Part shown: in pieces, positions 29,352-39,343 of the stretch
Position numbering within the stretch: position 1 is the stretch's first letter
Layout of the letters: each line of letters opens with the position of its first letter
NCBI GenBank assembly: GCA_041336395.1
Contig: JBGKWP010000007.1
Span: 165,845 to 229,844, forward strand
Direction: 5' to 3'
Length of the DNA stretch: 64,000 nt
DNA from: Roseburia sp.
Lineage (GTDB): Bacteria > Bacillota > Clostridia > Lachnospirales > Lachnospiraceae
Notes under the pieces: model-generated
The model's input: the letters and a program-made list of their open reading frames with translations, nothing else
The model's database searches: none
What the model was told of the DNA's origin: nothing
Program-made: the position numbers and the translations under genes

Positions 29352-29479
29352 TTGTATTCTCCTTTAACATCAAATTCAGACAGAACTTTCTTTTTTCTGA
29401 TTTTCTGTCCATTCTTTTCTATTTTACTCCGGACAGCACGAATCGTCAAACATTTTGTAAAGCGCCGTACGGAAACAGC

Positions 29480-29508
29480 AAAAAAACGGGACGACCGAAG
29501 CCGTCCCG
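29480..29508 (-). terminator. Intrinsic terminator after malQ
   Basis: CGGGACGGC-TTCG-GTCGTCCCG followed by TTTTTTT. Confidence 0.9.
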
Positions 29509-29549
29509 CAATCTCCCCATTCGGATGGTTTTCCCTTTTCCTGTTTTTC

Positions 29550-31031
29550 TTATTTTCTGAGACGTCCGTACATCTGCATATACTTATAAACACGTTTTGC
29601 AAGCTTTCCGGTAATCTGGTCGGCAGTTGCCCTCCATCCCCAGTTCATTCCCTGGGTTGATGGTGTATTCATACGTCCCTCAGATCCGACACCGATAATA
29701 TCCTGCATCGGCACGATCGCAAGGTCGCTCACAGACCCCCATGCGCCACGCATCATGCCCCAGTTATAGCCTTCTTCCTTTGTGAGGTTTAAGTATTCCT
29801 TCGCGAACTTCACACTCTCCTTCGGTGCCGTCTTCATCCAGCCCATCACAGTATCGTTGTCATGGGTTCCCGTGTATACAACAGAGTGTGGCTTATAATT
29901 GTGCGGCAGATAATCGCTTCCCTCTCTGGAATCAAATGCGAACTGAATAACCTTCATGCCCGGGAATCCGGAATCCTCCACCAGCTTCATAACGGATGGA
30001 GTCAGGAAACCGAGGTCTTCCACGATAATCTTTAACTTGCCAAGCTTCTCCTCAAGCGTACGGAACAGATCCATGCCAGGTCCCTCACACCACTTACCGT
30101 TTCGGGCTGTGTCATCCTTTGCAGGGATCGCATAATAAGAATCGAATCCACGGAAATGATCGATGCGGACAATATCGTATAACTCGGACATTGCCTTCAC
30201 GCGCTTTGTCCACCACTCATAACCGTCCTGCTTCATTGTATCCCACCTAAACAGCGGATTGCCCCACAGCTGTCCGTCATCGGAAAATGCATCCGGCGGG
30301 CATCCTGCAACATCAATCGGATCTAAGTTCTCATCCAGATAGAACTGTGTCGGATTCGCCCACACGTCTGCCGAATCCCCCGCAACGTAGATTGGAACAT
30401 CCCCGATAATCTGGATTCCTTTTTCATTCGCATATGCTTTCAGCGCTCTCCACTGTTTGAAGAAGAGATACTCGATCGTCTTATAGAATAAAATATCCTC
30501 CGCGTATTCTTCCCGCGCCTCTGCAAGCGCATTCTCCTCGCGGAACTTCAGCTCCCGCTCCCAATTCGACCATGCCATGCCTTTATGGGCATCCTTCAAA
30601 GCCATAAAAAGGGCATAATCATTGAGCCAGTCTGCCTCTCTCTCACAGAACCCGGCGAAATCTTCCGGCACATTTTTCAGAAAACGCTCTGATGCCTTTC
30701 TTAAAACCGTATAACGGGAATGGTACATTATGCCATAGTCCACACGGCGCGGATCAGATCCCCATGCGACAGCCTCGCACTCTGCCTTCTTCAAAAGCTT
30801 CTCTTTGCATAGAAGTTCGAGGTCGATAAAATACGGGTTTCCGGCAAAGCTGGAAAATGACTGATACGGGGAATCCCCGTAACTAGTCGGACAGATTGGC
30901 AGAATCTGCCAGTAAGTCTGCCCTGCCTTCTCTAAGAAATCGACAAATTTTACCGCTTCCTTTCCCATAGTTCCGATGCCATACGGGGACGGTAAAGATG
31001 AAATATGCATCAATACTCCACTGCTTCTCAT
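29550..31031 (-). CDS. malQ: 4-alpha-glucanotransferase (GH77)
   Basis: RSSGVLMHISSLP, GQLWGNP, RIDHFRGF, EDLG, YTGTHDNDT. Confidence 0.97.
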   Translation of the reverse strand: MRSSGVLMHISSLPSPYGIGTMGKEAVKFVDFLEKAGQTYWQILPICPTSYGDSPYQSFSSFAGNPYFIDLELLCKEKLLKKAECEAVAWGSDPRRVDYGIMYHSRYTVLRKASERFLKNVPEDFAGFCEREADWLNDYALFMALKDAHKGMAWSNWERELKFREENALAEAREEYAEDILFYKTIEYLFFKQWRALKAYANEKGIQIIGDVPIYVAGDSADVWANPTQFYLDENLDPIDVAGCPPDAFSDDGQLWGNPLFRWDTMKQDGYEWWTKRVKAMSELYDIVRIDHFRGFDSYYAIPAKDDTARNGKWCEGPGMDLFRTLEEKLGKLKIIVEDLGFLTPSVMKLVEDSGFPGMKVIQFAFDSREGSDYLPHNYKPHSVVYTGTHDNDTVMGWMKTAPKESVKFAKEYLNLTKEEGYNWGMMRGAWGSVSDLAIVPMQDIIGVGSEGRMNTPSTQGMNWGWRATADQITGKLAKRVYKYMQMYGRLRK

Positions 31032-31333
31032 AACATTTTTCTCCTTGTTTCTTCTATCATTTGAGTAGGAAAACTCTTCTTCTCTATGCTCTATCCTAAC
31101 CATATTTTTCCGTTCTGTCCACCATTATTTTCGTATTTTTTCGCAAAGTTTTAATTTTTGTTTATTTTGTACAAAATCGGTTTCTATTTTTTGTTATATA
31201 ATCCTGTTCCCACAAAGTCTTATGCAGGTTTCTTTTTTCTTATTGAAAAACACCGTTTCAAATGCTACTATTTTCTTAGACGGTACACTGTGTCTTATTT
31301 GAAATTCTAATGAAAAAATGGGAGTTTTCTGTT

Positions 31334-32593
31334 ATGAAAGAACTGATTCGAAACAAACTGATCCACCAGACAAAGTTAGTCGGCACTTCAATCCGGTGGG
31401 TCATTTTTGCCATCCTCTCTGGTCTGATCGTCGGAGGGATTGGTACGCTTTTTTATTTTGGTATGTATCTTGTCACACTGACAAGGACGAAGAACCCGTG
31501 GCTCATTTTTCTGCTGCCGGTCAGCGGGCTTGTGATTGTCGGCTGTTACCGCCTGCTTCATGATGAGAAGGACACCGGAACGAACCTCGTCTTATCTGCG
31601 ATCCACTCCGACGAGGAGCTGCCGCTTCGAATGGCACCCTTAATCTTTCTCTCAACGCTGATCACACATCTGTTCGGCGGTTCTGCCGGACGTGAGGGTG
31701 CAGCCTTACAGCTTGGTGGAAGCATCGGGAACGGACTTGGAAAGCTGTTTTGCTTCGATGACAAAGACAAACACATTATGATCATGTGCGGCATGAGCGC
31801 TGCGTTCTCCGCGCTGTTTGGCACCCCGATGGCTGCAGCGGTCTTCTCCATGGAAGTTGTCAGTGTCGGCGTCATGTATTATGCTGCACTCGTCCCATGC
31901 GTCATCTCCTCGCTTGTTGCCTCCATGGTAGCCCGCTATTTCGGCGTATCACAGGAACTGTTCCTGATTGAGAAGATCCCGACATTCCGGTTCCTTCCGG
32001 CTGTGAAGATCTCCGTTCTCGCCATATTGTGTGCCGGTGTCAGCATTCTGTTCTGCATTATGCTCCACAGCTCGGATCATCTGTATAAGCGCTTTTTCAA
32101 AAATGCCTACATCCGGATTTTCGTCGGCGGCTGTCTCGTCATCGCCCTGACGCTGCTCGTCGGCGACCAGACCTACAATGGTGCCGGCATGAATATGATC
32201 GAACAATATATGCAAGGACAGGTGCCTCCGGAAGCTTTTATTTTAAAAATGCTGTTTACCGCTGTCACGCTTGGTGCAGGATTTAAAGGCGGCGAGATTG
32301 TCCCGTCCTTTTTCACAGGTGCTGCATTCGGCTGCCTGTTCGGAAATATCCTCGGGTTCTCGCCGTCCTTATGCACTGCTGTCGGCATGACCGCTGTATT
32401 CTGTGGTGTCACGAACTGCCCCATCACTGCTCTGCTTATCAGCTTCGAACTGTTCGGCTATGATGCGATGCCTTATTTTCTGTTAGCTGTCGCATTCAGC
32501 TATATGCTTTCCGGCTATTACGGGCTCTATAGCAGCCAGAAAATCATTTATTCGAAATACAAAACCAATTACATCAACCGAAAAACCCACTGA
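31334..32593 (+). CDS. CLC (EriC) family anion transporter with fluoride-exporter-like motifs
   Basis: Multi-TM protein with motifs GTNLV, GREGA and GGEIVP. Confidence 0.88.
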   Translation: MKELIRNKLIHQTKLVGTSIRWVIFAILSGLIVGGIGTLFYFGMYLVTLTRTKNPWLIFLLPVSGLVIVGCYRLLHDEKDTGTNLVLSAIHSDEELPLRMAPLIFLSTLITHLFGGSAGREGAALQLGGSIGNGLGKLFCFDDKDKHIMIMCGMSAAFSALFGTPMAAAVFSMEVVSVGVMYYAALVPCVISSLVASMVARYFGVSQELFLIEKIPTFRFLPAVKISVLAILCAGVSILFCIMLHSSDHLYKRFFKNAYIRIFVGGCLVIALTLLVGDQTYNGAGMNMIEQYMQGQVPPEAFILKMLFTAVTLGAGFKGGEIVPSFFTGAAFGCLFGNILGFSPSLCTAVGMTAVFCGVTNCPITALLISFELFGYDAMPYFLLAVAFSYMLSGYYGLYSSQKIIYSKYKTNYINRKTH

Positions 32594-32607
32594 TTTGTTT
32601 TCCCCAT

Positions 32608-32654
32608 AAAAAATCCACCAGTCAGTTTCAAAACTGTGTCTGGTAGATTTTTTT
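32608..32654. terminator. Bidirectional terminator between the CLC gene and the Cof hydrolase
   Basis: AAAAATCCACCAG...CTGGTAGATTTTT imperfect hairpin between convergent genes. Confidence 0.7.
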
Positions 32655-33504
32655 ATCGGCATGAACCGAATGCCAGCATCCGGATGGCATACGCCACACC
32701 GCTCTCCTCATTTGAGCGGGTGACAAAATCTGCCGCCTGCTTCACTTCCTCATATGCATTTTCCATCGCAACACCGACCCCTGCTGTCCTTATAATATCA
32801 AGGTCGTTCGGTGTATCCCCGACTGCCATCGTCTCCTCTAACGGAATATGTAAATAATCAGCGAGGAACTTCAGCCCAAGTCCTTTGGTTGTTCCCGCCT
32901 TTGTCAGTTCCAGATTCGAATATCCACCGGACAGATATGTCACATACGGATTCTGCTCGAACAGGCGGATCACATCGTCACGGTCCTTAAAAGAGCCGTC
33001 CGGCTGTTCTAAGAAGTTTAACGTCATCTTCTCAACATTCAGCCCGTTTTCCTCTAAAAACGCTGCCATATCATCCACCGGAATTGTAGAAGAACGGATA
33101 AACTTCTTCGTTGCCTCCGGCATCACAAGGCGGTCAATGATTGGAAGACGGGAGGTCTCACCGTACCGTTTTCCATTCACGAACGCATTGAAATGAATCT
33201 CCTTCTTCTGAAGCTCCCTGATAATCGGACAGATCTTCCCGCACGCCATGGAACTCTCGAAAATACACTCCTGCCCGACCATCTGATAGACCGCGCCCCC
33301 GTTTGCCGTGATCGCATAGTGAACCCCGAGCGGCACAAGCTCTTTGGCGTGCACCCCTACAAAAGGACGCCCTGTGGAGATGACCACTTCAATCCCTCTC
33401 TCAACTGCTTCCTGTATCGCCTCTTTATTTTCAGTTGTAATCTCATTCGCATTATTTAATAGCGTTCCGTCCATATCCAATGCGACTAGTCTGATGCCAT
33501 TCAA
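32653..33504 (-). CDS. Cof-type HAD-IIB hydrolase
   Basis: LDMDGTLL, STGR, ANGG, K...GDTPND..GVAMENA. Confidence 0.93.
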   Translation of the reverse strand: MNGIRLVALDMDGTLLNNANEITTENKEAIQEAVERGIEVVISTGRPFVGVHAKELVPLGVHYAITANGGAVYQMVGQECIFESSMACGKICPIIRELQKKEIHFNAFVNGKRYGETSRLPIIDRLVMPEATKKFIRSSTIPVDDMAAFLEENGLNVEKMTLNFLEQPDGSFKDRDDVIRLFEQNPYVTYLSGGYSNLELTKAGTTKGLGLKFLADYLHIPLEETMAVGDTPNDLDIIRTAGVGVAMENAYEEVKQAADFVTRSNEESGVAYAIRMLAFGSCR

Positions 33505-33519
33505 CGTTTTCTCCTCCTG

Positions 33520-34041
33520 TCAGATCTTTGCCAGAAAATATTGTACTACTTCCGGTATCCGGATCCCTTTTGCGGTCTCAATACCCGAGCACACTTTATC
33601 CGCATAGCAGATGATCCAGCTCTCCATATACTTTGGTGGTCTCGGATTTAACGGAAACATATGGCAGCGGATGATATCCTGTTCCACCTCATTCAGGTCG
33701 AAATCTTCCATCGCATTCTGCAACGCCTTCCTCGCGTGATGGAACCCATGCCATTTGTGGCTGGCATCTTTCTCATGCCAGTCGTATAGAAAATAATCGT
33801 GAAGCAGTGCACCACGGATTAAGGACTTCTCATCTACCGGCATGTGCATTTTCCATGCCAGATAATAACTGTAGTACGCAACCGACACACTGTGCCGGAA
33901 GACGCTGGTATCCCCGTGTTGTATATACTTATGGGACTGTAAGATTCTCGAATTTTTACAGATTTCCTCCAACTCCTGCATAAAAAATAATTCTTTTTCT
34001 TTTGGAAGCCTTGGCTCCATTTTTCCTGACACCGTTCTCAT
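33520..34041 (-). CDS. HD-domain phosphohydrolase
   Basis: QHGDTSVFRHS, GALLHDYFLYDWH, HGFHH, CHMFP, ADK. Start uncertain. Confidence 0.88.
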   Translation of the reverse strand: MRTVSGKMEPRLPKEKELFFMQELEEICKNSRILQSHKYIQHGDTSVFRHSVSVAYYSYYLAWKMHMPVDEKSLIRGALLHDYFLYDWHEKDASHKWHGFHHARKALQNAMEDFDLNEVEQDIIRCHMFPLNPRPPKYMESWIICYADKVCSGIETAKGIRIPEVVQYFLAKI

Positions 34042-34075
34042 CCTTCCCGCTTCATTTCTGTATACAAAATACATT

Positions 34076-34876
34076 CTATTGTTTATTCTGCATATCTTCC
34101 CACTCAGGCATTTTCCATACCCGATGCAGAAGCACACCCGCACAGGCTGCCGCCACAAATGTCACCACAATGCCGGATACATTCGGATAAAATGCAAAAT
34201 CAAAGATGCCTGTTTCAGCGCGTGCCACCGCGACCAGATTTGCCGCAATATGACCGATCACCGGGATACAGAACAGATTCGTCTTCTCATAAAGCAACGC
34301 AAGTCCAAGTCCCAACACTGCCGCATACAAACACTGCACCAGATTCACATGCATAATCCCAAAAATCAACGCTGAGAAAACAATCGCCGGTACTGCCCCG
34401 ATGTATAATTTCAGTCGTTTGAACACCACACCGCGGAAGATCAGTTCCTCCGCCACAGGAATAAGCAGGCACGACCCGAGCAGCTCATACAAAACCATGC
34501 CGCCGAAAAAAGCTGTGTTTGCACGCTCAAATCCTGCCGATACCCCTGTAAGCCCTGTCATGGCGATCAGGTTATTCACAGCGAACCCAAGCAGTGCCAT
34601 TGCCACTGCTGTGATCCCCGCCATCCGGAGAAAGCAAGGATTCATCGAAAACGTTCTTTTTCCGTACACGATTTCTTCTGTATGTTTATCCTGCATATAG
34701 AAGCTCTGTATGGCAGGAATTGTCACCGCCGAACAGAACATCTGCCTTACCATATAAGTCTGTGTATCCTCTCCAAGAAAAAGTGTGAGCACAAAGTATG
34801 CCAGACTAGATACCACATAATAAATGCCGATTGGATATACTATCTGCCAGATTTTATAACCGGTTGATGTTTTCAT
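34076..34876 (-). CDS. CPBP-family intramembrane metalloprotease
   Basis: EELIFRG, FGIMH, HIAAN motifs; multiple TM segments. Confidence 0.92.
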   Translation of the reverse strand: MKTSTGYKIWQIVYPIGIYYVVSSLAYFVLTLFLGEDTQTYMVRQMFCSAVTIPAIQSFYMQDKHTEEIVYGKRTFSMNPCFLRMAGITAVAMALLGFAVNNLIAMTGLTGVSAGFERANTAFFGGMVLYELLGSCLLIPVAEELIFRGVVFKRLKLYIGAVPAIVFSALIFGIMHVNLVQCLYAAVLGLGLALLYEKTNLFCIPVIGHIAANLVAVARAETGIFDFAFYPNVSGIVVTFVAAACAGVLLHRVWKMPEWEDMQNKQ

Positions 34877-34888
34877 TGTCTGCCTTTC

Positions 34889-35536
34889 TTACAAAAATAG
34901 TTTTCCTATTTCCTCCACGCTGTCACAGATCCGGTATGCACCGGCTTTCTGTAACTGCTCCCTTGTTCCAAAACCATACGTCACGCCGACACAGCGGATT
35001 CCAAACTGATTCGCCCCAACCACATCGTAGGCGGTATCCCCGATCAGGCACATCTCCTCTTTCGGGATATTTAAGTGTTCCATTCTTCTGCCGAGCTCCT
35101 CTAACACTTCCTGCTTCGTGCTGATGCGTCCGTCTAAGGTTGAACCTACGATCATGTCAAAGTAACTGGTCAGGGAAAAATGTTCTAAAATCCGTCTGCA
35201 TGCGGTCTCCGGTTTGGAGGATGCAAGCGCAATCACATAGCCCTTCTCTTTTAATTTCCGGATCAGCTCTGCGATGCCATCGTACAGCTCACACTCGAAA
35301 ATGCCCTCCCTGTCGAAGCGCTCTCTGTACTTTCTCACTGCCGCCCAGGCTTTTTGGGCGTCAAAGCCATATTTTTCCCGGAAAACCGGGTCTAATGGCG
35401 GTCCGATGAAGCAGAGCAGCTTTGTCCGGTCCGGCTCATCGATGCCAAAGCTTTTTAATGCATACTGCACGCACTTTGTAATGCCCTCCTCGGAGTTGAT
35501 AATTGTTCCATCCAGATCTAATAAAATTGCCTTCAT
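34889..35536 (-). CDS. HAD-IA hydrolase (5'-nucleotidase/phosphoglycolate phosphatase-like)
   Basis: LDLDGTI, FIGPPL, ASSKP, IGDTAYD, VTYGFG. Confidence 0.9.
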   Translation of the reverse strand: MKAILLDLDGTIINSEEGITKCVQYALKSFGIDEPDRTKLLCFIGPPLDPVFREKYGFDAQKAWAAVRKYRERFDREGIFECELYDGIAELIRKLKEKGYVIALASSKPETACRRILEHFSLTSYFDMIVGSTLDGRISTKQEVLEELGRRMEHLNIPKEEMCLIGDTAYDVVGANQFGIRCVGVTYGFGTREQLQKAGAYRICDSVEEIGKLFL

Positions 35537-35553
35537 TTTTCGTATATTCCTTT

Positions 35554-36375
35554 CTAACGCTCTGACAGTGCTGCAAGCATCTGGCTTACTGTCTGGCCAG
35601 TTACCGGGTGTCTGTAGTTCGGACAGAGTTCCATCAGCGGCTTTAATACAAAGTCCCGGTTCTCCATATCTACATGCGGAATGATCAGGTTCTCGTCCTC
35701 ATACACAAGCTTGTCATAGAAAATAATATCCAGATCCAGAGTCCGCGGTCCCCAGTGGACGATCCTCTCCCGGTTGGCATGCTGCTCGATCTCATGGAGC
35801 TTCTCTAACAATTCCTGCGGGGTCAGAAGGGTCTGTAATGCGATCGCTCCGTTCACGAAATCTTCCTGTTCCACACCGCCGTATGGCTTCGTGACAAACA
35901 GATCTGACACACGCACATCCCGCACATCTGTGATCTCTTTTAACTCTGCAATACCGTTCTTAATATAGGTATTCTTGTCTCCCATATTCGAGCCGACTGC
36001 CAGGTACACCTGATGCCAGCTTCTCTCGATCGTTACGGAAACATTTTCAAACGGAAGCCCGATCGGGGCATGCGGTTTGCACAGTTCGATCTCCACTCCT
36101 TTTAAAATTGGCATGGCAAGAAGCATCGCCTCCGCGAGCTTCTCTGCGGCACTCTCGATCAGCTTGTATGTGTGTTCCTGCAAAAATGCCGTCATAAACT
36201 GACATGCCTCCCCGTAATTCATGGAATCTTCCAGAAGATCGGTCAGTCCCGCTTTCCGGCAGTCTAAGTACAGCTTCGCATTCACATAGAAGTCCTGTCC
36301 ATCCCTTGTCTCCTCCGGGAATACCCCGTGATGTGCAAATATTTTCAGATTCGTGATCTTAATATAATCCTGCAT
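35554..36375 (-). CDS. folK: Fused dihydroneopterin aldolase / HPPK (FolB-FolK)
   Basis: N-terminal FAHHGVFPEE...LIES..KPHAP (FolB); C-terminal YLAVGSNMG, HWGPRTLDLD, IPH (FolK). Confidence 0.95.
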   Translation of the reverse strand: MQDYIKITNLKIFAHHGVFPEETRDGQDFYVNAKLYLDCRKAGLTDLLEDSMNYGEACQFMTAFLQEHTYKLIESAAEKLAEAMLLAMPILKGVEIELCKPHAPIGLPFENVSVTIERSWHQVYLAVGSNMGDKNTYIKNGIAELKEITDVRDVRVSDLFVTKPYGGVEQEDFVNGAIALQTLLTPQELLEKLHEIEQHANRERIVHWGPRTLDLDIIFYDKLVYEDENLIIPHVDMENRDFVLKPLMELCPNYRHPVTGQTVSQMLAALSER

Positions 36376-36388
36376 TCTTTTTCCTCCA

Positions 36389-37195
36389 TTATGCGCGCAA
36401 AATCGCCTCTGTCATCTTCACTGCCCTTGCATTCTCCCTCACATCATGCACGCGCACGAACATACAGCCTGCCTGTACGGCAAATACGGTCGTGACCAGA
36501 GTTCCCTCCACGCGTTCTGCAGCAGGGAGATCTAAGGTCAGCCCGACCACGGATTTCCTTGATGTTCCAAGCAGCACCGGGTAACCGAGCTCCTTTACCT
36601 CTGTAAGCCTTAGGATGGATTCGAGATTGTTCTCATAACTCTTGGCAAATCCGACTCCCGGATCTAAGATAATCTTATCCTGTGCAATTCCGGCAGCCTT
36701 CGCAAGCGCAATCGTCTCCCGCAGATCCTGCTTCATCTCTTCCATGAAATTTCTGTACTCTGCTTTCTCACGGTTGTGCATCAGACAGCAGGCAAGCTGC
36801 TTCTCTGCGATAACACCTGCCATTTTCTCATCGTATTTCAGTCCCCAGATATCATTGATGAGGTCTGCGCCCGCCTCTGCGGCTGCACGCGCCACACCAC
36901 TTTTATAAGTATCAATTGAAACCGGGATATCAAATTCACGCTTCACAGCCTCGATCACCGGAACAACCCGCGCAATCTCCTCCTCATCCGAAATCTTCGT
37001 ATAGCCCGGTCTTGTAGATTCGCCACCAATATCGACCACATCGGCACCATCCCGTATCATCTCACCTACATGGGTTAATGCCTGATCGAGATGGTTGAAC
37101 TTTCCTCCATCCGAAAAAGAATCCGGTGTCACATTCAGGATTCCCATAATGTAAGTATGATTATTTTCTGCAAATTCCCTGTTTCCGATTTTCAT
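36389..37195 (-). CDS. folP: Dihydropteroate synthase
   Basis: MGILNVTPDSFSDGG, GGESTRPG, DPGVGF, GTSRKS, RVHDV. Confidence 0.98.
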   Translation of the reverse strand: MKIGNREFAENNHTYIMGILNVTPDSFSDGGKFNHLDQALTHVGEMIRDGADVVDIGGESTRPGYTKISDEEEIARVVPVIEAVKREFDIPVSIDTYKSGVARAAAEAGADLINDIWGLKYDEKMAGVIAEKQLACCLMHNREKAEYRNFMEEMKQDLRETIALAKAAGIAQDKIILDPGVGFAKSYENNLESILRLTEVKELGYPVLLGTSRKSVVGLTLDLPAAERVEGTLVTTVFAVQAGCMFVRVHDVRENARAVKMTEAILRA

Positions 37196-37224
37196 CCGTT
37201 TTCTTCCTCCGGTTTTCTATCCTG

Positions 37225-37776
37225 CTATCGCACCAGCTGGAAAAACTGCTGCTGTAATCTGTCGTTCTCCTCAAAAACGCCGCGTGTCACAAATGTCACC
37301 GTCTTACTGCCCGGTTTCTTCACGCCGCGCATTGTCATGCACATATGCTCTGCTTCGATCATGACCATTGCCCCCTGCGGCTTTAAGTATTCCATCAGGG
37401 CATCCGCGATCTGCGCTGTGAGCTGCTCCTGAAGCTGTGGTCGCTTTGCGTACACTTCCACAGTTCTGGCCAACTTACTCAGCCCCACCACCTTGCCGTC
37501 CGGGATATATGCCACATGTGCTTTCCCGTAAAAGGGCATAAAATGATGCTCACAGGTCGAGTAGAATGTAATGTCTTTTTCCAATACCATCTCGTTATTC
37601 TTTGCGTGGAATGTTTTTGAGAGCGGCTCCTCCGCAGTCTGTGTAAGTCCTGCAAAAATCTCCCCATACATTCTCGCAATCCGGTCCGGTGTATCAAGTA
37701 AGCCTTCCCGCTCCGGATTTTCCCCGATTCCCTCAAGAATTAATCTGACACCCTGTTCGATTTTATTCTTATCCAT
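37225..37776 (-). CDS. folE: GTP cyclohydrolase I
   Basis: [40 protein letters not shown] 37776 after GAGGA. Confidence 0.97.
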   Translation of the reverse strand: MDKNKIEQGVRLILEGIGENPEREGLLDTPDRIARMYGEIFAGLTQTAEEPLSKTFHAKNNEMVLEKDITFYSTCEHHFMPFYGKAHVAYIPDGKVVGLSKLARTVEVYAKRPQLQEQLTAQIADALMEYLKPQGAMVMIEAEHMCMTMRGVKKPGSKTVTFVTRGVFEENDRLQQQFFQLVR

Positions 37777-37884
37777 GATTTCTTCCTCGTAATATTTCTT
37801 TTCATTCCTGATTTTTGGTCTGGCATTCCGCTTCATCAAAATTCCAGCTCTTTCGCCTAAATCTTTGTTTCCACAGATACAATT

Positions 37885-39207
37885 TTATTTGGAAACATCC
37901 TGCACCTCTTTCTTCACATCCTTCAGGTAGGACAGTGACCCAAATGCAAGGATCACTCCATCCTCCGGTGTGACTGACCGTGCATGTTCCACTGCCTCCC
38001 GCACCGTCTCACATGCCTGTACCTGTGGGCTGTACTCCTGCGGATTGTTCCCGCCTTGCAGTCTGTCAAGTACCAGCTTTGCCTCTTTCTGGAGCTTCTT
38101 TGCATCAAGTGCCCTCGGATTGTCCGGTGTTACGGTATACACTGCCGATGCATGTGACAGCATCCGCTCTAACACTTTCGCATGCTCCTTGTCCGCAAGT
38201 ACCCCTATTATATAAGTAATTTTCCGGTTTGTAAAATAATTTTCCACAGAGGCCTCGAGTTTTACGGCGGCATCCTCGTTATGCGCCCCGTCGATCAGAA
38301 ATAACGGATCTACAGCAATCTGCTCAAATCTTCCAGGCCATCTGGTCTTTGTAAGTCCTCTCTTTATCACATCCGCATCGAGCTTTAACACCTGCCTTAG
38401 GACAGTAATGGCAAGATGGGCATTCTCAATCTGATACTCTCCCGTGAGTGGAATGCTTACCTCCCCAATCTCTGGTTCTAAGAAACGGATTTCCTGCAGA
38501 CTGTTCTCTGTCAGCTTTACTTCCGACGCTTTTGCAATCCGTAACGGGGCATGTTTTTCTTCCGCTTCCTTCCTTATCACAGAAAGCACTTCTTCCCCGT
38601 ACCGTTCCTGCCCTGCTGTCACTGCCGGACAGCTTTCCTTGATAATCCCTGCCTTCGCCCAGGCGATCTGTCCGATCGTATCCCCTAAGAACTGCATATG
38701 GTCCATGCTGATCGAAGTAAGCACCGAGCAGACCGGATGTGAGATCAGGTTCGTGGCATCTTCCCTGCCTCCCATCCCGACTTCCAGCAGGACGTAGTCG
38801 CAGCATTCCTCTTTAAAATAGCAGAATGCCATCGCTGTCTCCACCTCAAAAATCGTCGGATGCGGCATCCCTTTTGCCACCATGCGGTCGCATGCCTCCT
38901 TTACTTTTGAAAAAAGCTCCGCATAACGTTCCTTCTCTATATTCTTCTGATTTATCCGCCATACTTCAAGTGGATCAAACACTGCCGGTGAAGTATATCT
39001 TCCCACCTTATATCCGGCTTCCATCAGAACGCTCTCCAAAAAAGCTCCGACAGATCCCTTTCCATTTGTTCCCGCGATATGGATGATCTGTAACTGTTCT
39101 TCCACATGGGACAGCTCCTGCATCAGATTCTGAATACTGGTAAGCCCTAAAATACTTCCTTTTTTGCCAATTGTCGCCGCACACGCGCGTGCCTTATCAT
39201 AATTCAT
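37885..39207 (-). CDS. folC: Folylpolyglutamate synthase / dihydrofolate synthase
   Basis: HIAGTNGKGS, EVGMGGREDATN, WPGRFE, DGAHN, FGSLSY. Confidence 0.96.
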   Translation of the reverse strand: MNYDKARACAATIGKKGSILGLTSIQNLMQELSHVEEQLQIIHIAGTNGKGSVGAFLESVLMEAGYKVGRYTSPAVFDPLEVWRINQKNIEKERYAELFSKVKEACDRMVAKGMPHPTIFEVETAMAFCYFKEECCDYVLLEVGMGGREDATNLISHPVCSVLTSISMDHMQFLGDTIGQIAWAKAGIIKESCPAVTAGQERYGEEVLSVIRKEAEEKHAPLRIAKASEVKLTENSLQEIRFLEPEIGEVSIPLTGEYQIENAHLAITVLRQVLKLDADVIKRGLTKTRWPGRFEQIAVDPLFLIDGAHNEDAAVKLEASVENYFTNRKITYIIGVLADKEHAKVLERMLSHASAVYTVTPDNPRALDAKKLQKEAKLVLDRLQGGNNPQEYSPQVQACETVREAVEHARSVTPEDGVILAFGSLSYLKDVKKEVQDVSK

Positions 39208-39285
39208 TCTTTTACTTCCGTTCCCGTTTTTTAATCTGTGCCATTATACACCCTAAGCCGGAAAAAATACAGTCCTTAAACAGGA

Positions 39286-39335
39286 AAACAGAAAAACGAT
39301 CACAGGGATTCTCCCCCTCAATCGCTTTTCTGTTT
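39286..39335 (-). terminator. Long intrinsic terminator after the topoisomerase A gene
   Basis: AAACAGAAAAGCGATT...GATCGTTTTTCTGTTT hairpin. Confidence 0.75.
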
Positions 39336-39343
39336 CTGAATTC

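Noticed and set aside
37777..37884. Possible THF riboswitch before folE
   Set aside because: No recognisable THF aptamer motifs and no expression platform.
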